From assembly GCF_000341395.1 (NCBI RefSeq), contig NC_020304.1, positions 3,240,001 to 3,272,000 on the forward strand: 32,000 nucleotides of DNA, in the 5' to 3' direction. Both the position numbers and the translations under genes were made by a program. The stretch is from Desulfocapsa sulfexigens DSM 10523. Lineage in GTDB: Bacteria; Desulfobacterota; Desulfobulbia; Desulfobulbales; Desulfocapsaceae. Below are positions 29,086 to 32,000 of this stretch, piece by piece. How positions within the stretch are numbered: the stretch's first letter is position 1; the number at the start of each line of letters is the position of its first letter. The notes under the pieces were generated by a model. The model had not been told where the DNA came from and did no database searches. It was given only the letters and a program-made list of their open reading frames with translations.

Positions 29086-29478
29086 TTGTATCTCCTTGAC
29101 ACAAACACACTTATTTATTTCTTCAAAGGTCTGGGTAATGTGGCAGAGAACCTACTGTCTAAATCCCCAAAAGATATTTCCATACCTTCAATTGCTCTTT
29201 ATGAACTTGAGGTGGGGATAGCAAAATCAAACAGCCCGAAAAAAAGAAAGAAACAACTAGAATCGCTAATCTCACGCATCACCGTATTACCCTTTGCTTC
29301 AAAAGAGGCCGAAGTTGCCGCAGTGATCAGAGCAGAACTTGAAAATATAGGCACACCAATAGGCCCCTATGACACTTTCATCGCAGGAATTGCCTTGAGT
29401 TCAAACGCTACACTAGTCACACACAACACAAAAGAATTCAATAGAGTTGAAGGCTTGAGCCTTGAAGACTGGTTCTAA
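29086..29478 (+). CDS. Cassette 4: PIN-domain toxin (VapC-like)
   Basis: MYLLDTNTLIYFFKG, SIALYELEVGIAKS, IGPYDTFIAGIALSSNATLVTHNTKEFNRVEGLSLEDW; the conserved PIN acidic residues are present. Confidence 0.92.
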   Translation: MYLLDTNTLIYFFKGLGNVAENLLSKSPKDISIPSIALYELEVGIAKSNSPKKRKKQLESLISRITVLPFASKEAEVAAVIRAELENIGTPIGPYDTFIAGIALSSNATLVTHNTKEFNRVEGLSLEDWF

Positions 29479-29488
29479 AAAAACTGCC

Positions 29489-29605
29489 ATATAATTCGCT
29501 CAAGCACGACGCGCGAGCACGCTAGTTTTATCAGCTTCGGCCAACTTAATACAACACGAACCTACTCAACCTCTGCCAGGCGCGCGTCTTAGCTTTGCGC
29601 TAATA
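29489..29605 (+). repeat. attC4, with degenerate R'
   Basis: CCATATAAT (29487-29495) is complementary to the cassette 4 start GTTATATGG except for the last base. Core CGCTCAAGCACGACGCGC...GGCGCGCGTCTTAGCTTTGC is intact, but the terminal box reads GCTAATA instead of GTTRRRY. Confidence 0.85.
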
Positions 29606-29696
29606 TTGCCATGTCGAAGTTCTTAATATCCTACCAATACCTCTATTTTACCTTAGTCCTGACAGGGTAGAACCCCCTAGTTTTCCGGAATTGTTT

Positions 29697-29742
29697 AGAA
29701 ATGGAGCAACCACAAAGAAGAGCTTACCAAAGAATATCACGA
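29697..29742 (+). repeat. Left copy of a 46-bp imperfect direct repeat flanking the ParDE-like module
   Basis: AGAAATGGAGCAACCACAAAGAAGAGCTTACCAAAGAATATCACGA; 41/46 by eye against 30495-30540. Confidence 0.8.
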
Positions 29743-30054
29743 ATCAATGAGGGCTTCATAATGCCGCCCTCCATAAAAAACATTTAGAATCTGTACCGTC
29801 GAATCTGCCTCATCTACAAGGAATGCTGCAACAGCTTTGTTATCAAGAGGATAAATTCTTAACCCGTCCATCAGATCACTTCGCAATTGACCTCTTATTG
29901 GAAAAGTTTCTAGCTCCTGACACTTGGACTTGAGCCTTTCCATATAGTTCCAAGCCCTTTCGGGGAAACCACTTTGCTCAACTATATAAAGATAAATATC
30001 TTCTAGGTCCTTGATCGCATCCGGCATAAAATAGACACGATATTTATCCATCAA
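29737..30054 (-). CDS. RelE/ParE family toxin
   Basis: YRVYFMPDAIKDLEDIYLYIVEQSGFPERAWNYMERLKSKCQELETFPIRGQLRSDLMDGLRIYPLDNKAVAAFLVDEADSTVQILNVFYGGRHYE; overlaps the upstream antitoxin gene. Confidence 0.9.
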   Translation of the reverse strand: MMDKYRVYFMPDAIKDLEDIYLYIVEQSGFPERAWNYMERLKSKCQELETFPIRGQLRSDLMDGLRIYPLDNKAVAAFLVDEADSTVQILNVFYGGRHYEALIDS

Positions 30055-30331
30055 TTTCCCCTTTCAGTTTTCGTTTGTGTAACTCCTCAATTCTGCTAAA
30101 TGCTTCTTCAATGGGTACTGGTTCACCATTATTCTTGGATTTCTCCAAACGGTTACGTATGAGGGCCAGACGTATTTCATGCTCTTCTTCTTTTTTTTGC
30201 CAAAGCCTCATCGCTTCTCTTATCAACTCGCTGGTAGAGCCATAGGAGCCAGAGCTCACTTTTTGCTTGATTGAGGAAAGCATATCCCGGGGTAGAGTAA
30301 TTGTAATTCGTTCCGCTTTTTCTTGTTGCAT
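30044..30331 (-). CDS. ParD-like ribbon-helix-helix antitoxin
   Basis: ERITITLPRDMLSSIKQKVSSGSYGSTSELIREAMRLWQKKEEEHEIRLALIR is typical ParD/CopG. Confidence 0.9.
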   Translation of the reverse strand: MQQEKAERITITLPRDMLSSIKQKVSSGSYGSTSELIREAMRLWQKKEEEHEIRLALIRNRLEKSKNNGEPVPIEEAFSRIEELHKRKLKGEIDG

Positions 30332-30494
30332 TGTGTTGACCTCCTTGTGAGTATGATTTAATCATACCACTATTAATTACATGGGGCAACCGCAATGCAA
30401 CTCAATATTTTGAGCTGTTGCATTTAAAATGTGCTTAACTAAATGGTGACTTTAACCACAGTAAACAGACTTGACTATTCAATTGAAATTGATC

Positions 30495-30540
30495 AGAAAT
30501 GGAGCAACTACAAAGAAGAGCTTACCGAAGAACACCTCGA
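30495..30540 (+). repeat. Right copy of the 46-bp imperfect direct repeat
   Basis: AGAAATGGAGCAACTACAAAGAAGAGCTTACCGAAGAACACCTCGA. Confidence 0.8.
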
Positions 30541-30711
30541 TATTTCAATCGGGTTTCACAAGTTGCGTAATACTTAATACTATTGGGTCGGACCAAGTTA
30601 CCCAACTGATATAGCAATAGAAATACCTCAAAAACACCCGTTTTAATCCCTTATGGCCTCCTTCCCCCCAAAAAAAAGGACCCTCTAAGGAAATACAGAG
30701 GGCTGGTATCC

Positions 30712-31236
30712 ATGCCAAGAGCAAACTAACATTATATACCCGGCTGCGTCTGGCACATCACCCACAGATGTCTATGGACCCTGTGTACCTGACTATATTG
30801 CCACTTCCAACCATATCCACCTGCTGGTGGTGGACACCAGGGAAGATGTAATTCCCAACAGCATGCTGCTCATTGCAGGCCGGACTGTACAGGAGTATAA
30901 CCAGCGAAAGAGTCGAAAAGGCACCTTCTGGGAGGATCGATACCATGCCAGTGCGGTGGAGACGGATGAACATCTGGCAAAGTGTCTGGTCTAGATCGAC
31001 CTCAACATGGTGCGGGCAGGAGGGGTGAAACACCCGTTGGAATATACGTTGAGCGGCTTCAATGAAATCCAGAGGCCGAAACAGCGGTATACCGTGATCG
31101 ATCGCCTTTGATCGATCTTTTTTCCGTTGGCAGTCAAGAACATTTTCGTTAGAAACATAAACAGTGGGTTGAGACAGAACTGGGGGCAGATAAACAACAA
31201 CGGAAGGCTTTTTGGAGTGAATCAATCGCTGTATGC
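30712..31236 (+). pseudogene. Decayed REP-associated tyrosine transposase (RAYT / Y1_Tnp family)
   Basis: MPRAN*HYIPGCVWHITHRC, then a shifted frame with ...DYIATSNHIHLLVVDTREDVIPNSMLLIAGRTVQEYNQRKSRKGTFWEDRYHASAVETDEHLAKCLV*IDLNMVRAGGVKHPLEYTLSGFNEIQRPKQRYTVIDR, then RKAFWSESIAV. Internal stops, an apparent deletion after HITHRC, and no C-terminus. Confidence 0.85.
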
Positions 31237-31251
31237 GTATTCCAGTGAATC

Positions 31252-31280
31252 CGGCCACCCAGTCCACTTGATTCCGGCCA
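31252..31280. repeat. IS21-like terminal repeat, copy 1
   Basis: CGGCCACCCAGTCCACTTGATTCCGGCCA; second copy 46 bp away. Confidence 0.75.
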
Positions 31281-31297
31281 GTAATTCCACGGCAAAG

Positions 31298-31326
31298 CGG
31301 CCACCCAGTCCAGAGGATTCCGGCCA
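31298..31326. repeat. IS21-like terminal repeat, copy 2
   Basis: CGGCCACCCAGTCCAGAGGATTCCGGCCA. Confidence 0.75.
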
Positions 31327-31379
31327 GGGTGTCGGAGCGTAGCGACGCGAATATTTCCTTCTTACTCTGTGTGTTGCTC

Positions 31380-32000
31380 TCACGTCAAGCGTGCTTTCTT
31401 TTTTCTCATAGATTCTCCTTTCAGTTTGATTTTGTGAGCGGCATGTACCAGACGGTCAAGAATGGCGTCGGCTAAAGTCGGATCTCCGATCCGCTCATGC
31501 CAGTGCTCTACCGGTAATTGACTGGTTACCAAGGTAGATTTGAGGCCGTGTCTGTCTTCCAGTATTTCTAGTAAATCATGGCGTTGCTCCTGGTTGAGTG
31601 TGGCCAGTCCATAGTCATCAAGTACCAATAGATCTGTTTTTGAATAGACAGTCAGTAACTTCAGATAACGGCCATCCCCCTTGGCAAGAGCCAGATCTTC
31701 AAAGAGTTTACTCAGACGGAGATAGAGAGCACTATAGCCTTCTCTGCATGCCTTTTGGGCCAAGGCACAGGCAAGATAGGATTTGCCGACTCCAGTGGGG
31801 CCGGTAATAAGCAGATTGGTATGTTCCTTTATCCAGTTGCAGTCAGCCAGCCTGGTTACCAGTGACCTATCCAGACCACGCGGATGACGGAAGTCTACAT
31901 CCTCGATTGAGCCATCCTGCCGCAGCTTTGCCTTTCTGAGTCTGGTCTGAAGTTTTCTGGTTTCCCTGACCGCCTGCTCGCGGTCAAGTAACAGACCGAG
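31380..32000 (-). CDS. istB: IstB-like ATP-binding protein of an IS21-family element (5' end outside the window)
   Basis: Reading frame runs to the window edge: LGLLLDREQAVRETRKLQTRLRKAKL...IEDVDFRHPRGLDRSLVTRLADCNWIKEHTNLLITGPTGVGKSYLACALAQKACREGYSALYLRLSKLFEDL...DLLVLDDYGLATLNQEQRHDLLEILEDRHGLKSTLVTSQLPVEHWHERIGDPTLADAILDRLVHAAHKIKLKGESMRKKK. Confidence 0.95.
   Translation of the reverse strand, partial: LGLLLDREQAVRETRKLQTRLRKAKLRQDGSIEDVDFRHPRGLDRSLVTRLADCNWIKEHTNLLITGPTGVGKSYLACALAQKACREGYSALYLRLSKLFEDLALAKGDGRYLKLLTVYSKTDLLVLDDYGLATLNQEQRHDLLEILEDRHGLKSTLVTSQLPVEHWHERIGDPTLADAILDRLVHAAHKIKLKGESMRKKKARLT

Larger units (their letters stand above)
25227..29605. mobile_element. Integron: intI, attI-like site and four gene cassettes
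   Basis: IntI-type integrase on the minus strand, divergent from a run of four cassettes each ending in a related attC-like repeat; crossover triplets and R'' complementarity agree at all four cassettes. Confidence 0.93.

Noticed and set aside
28757-29110. 117-aa minus-strand ORF overlapping the cassette 4 promoter and antitoxin
   Set aside because: Antisense to a well-supported RHH antitoxin with a consensus promoter; no recognisable motif.
27155-29605. Four related repeats in an intergenic pattern, considered as CRISPR or REP-type repeats
   Set aside because: Units are about 117-125 bp, separated by complete genes, with GTTRRRY/RYYYAAC ends and cassette-matched R'' boxes. This fits attC sites, not CRISPR (short repeats, uniform spacers) or REPs.
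29606-30600. ParDE-like module considered as a fifth integron cassette
   Set aside because: No attC core (CTCAAGCACGACGCGC ... GCGCGTCTTAGCTTTGCG) follows it, and no R'' box complementary to the sequence after attC4 was seen; the genes are also in reverse orientation.
30758-31267. 169-aa minus-strand ORF in the track
   Set aside because: It is antisense to the recognisable RAYT remnant on the + strand (SNHIHLLVV, GTFWEDRYHASAV) and shows no domain of its own.

Overview
The window looks like a Desulfobulbales/Desulfobacterota-type chromosome (inferred from gene content, not searched). From about 1 to 25.1 kb it is mostly housekeeping: tRNA-Thr(CGU), a nine-heme cytochrome c lipoprotein, RlpA, a trpE-G-D-C-F cluster, rpsT, a cNMP-binding/DUF4388 protein, a U32 peptidase, pyrR-purN-purH(cyclohydrolase only), metF-folE2, DarP/YjgA, RecD2, a SleB-like hydrolase, a DegT-type aminotransferase, panD, panC, a YfgM-like TPR protein and xseA. 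From about 25.2 kb it becomes accessory DNA. The main find is an integron: a reverse-strand IntI-type integrase (462 aa, carrying the IntI-specific 'KYxxxxREFIWQWFFP' patch and an unusual N-terminal extension of about 125 aa that resembles a second core-binding domain). It is followed by an attI-like site (GTTGGGC, 26758-26764) and four cassettes, each ending in an attC of about 117-125 bp. The boundaries are internally supported: the first bases of every cassette are complementary to the R'' box of that cassette's own attC (TTGGGC/GCCCAA, TTATAC/GTATAA, TTAGGG/CCCTAA, TTATATGG/CCATATAA). Cassettes carry a YceK-like lipoprotein, a second lipoprotein, a GNAT acetyltransferase, and a VapBC-type toxin-antitoxin with its own consensus promoter. 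The last attC has a degenerate R' box (GCTAATA). Beyond the array lie a ParDE-like module flanked by imperfect 46-bp direct repeats, a decayed RAYT (REP-associated tyrosine transposase) gene, and an IS21-like element end (paired 29-bp repeats plus istB running off the window) that truncates the RAYT remnant.
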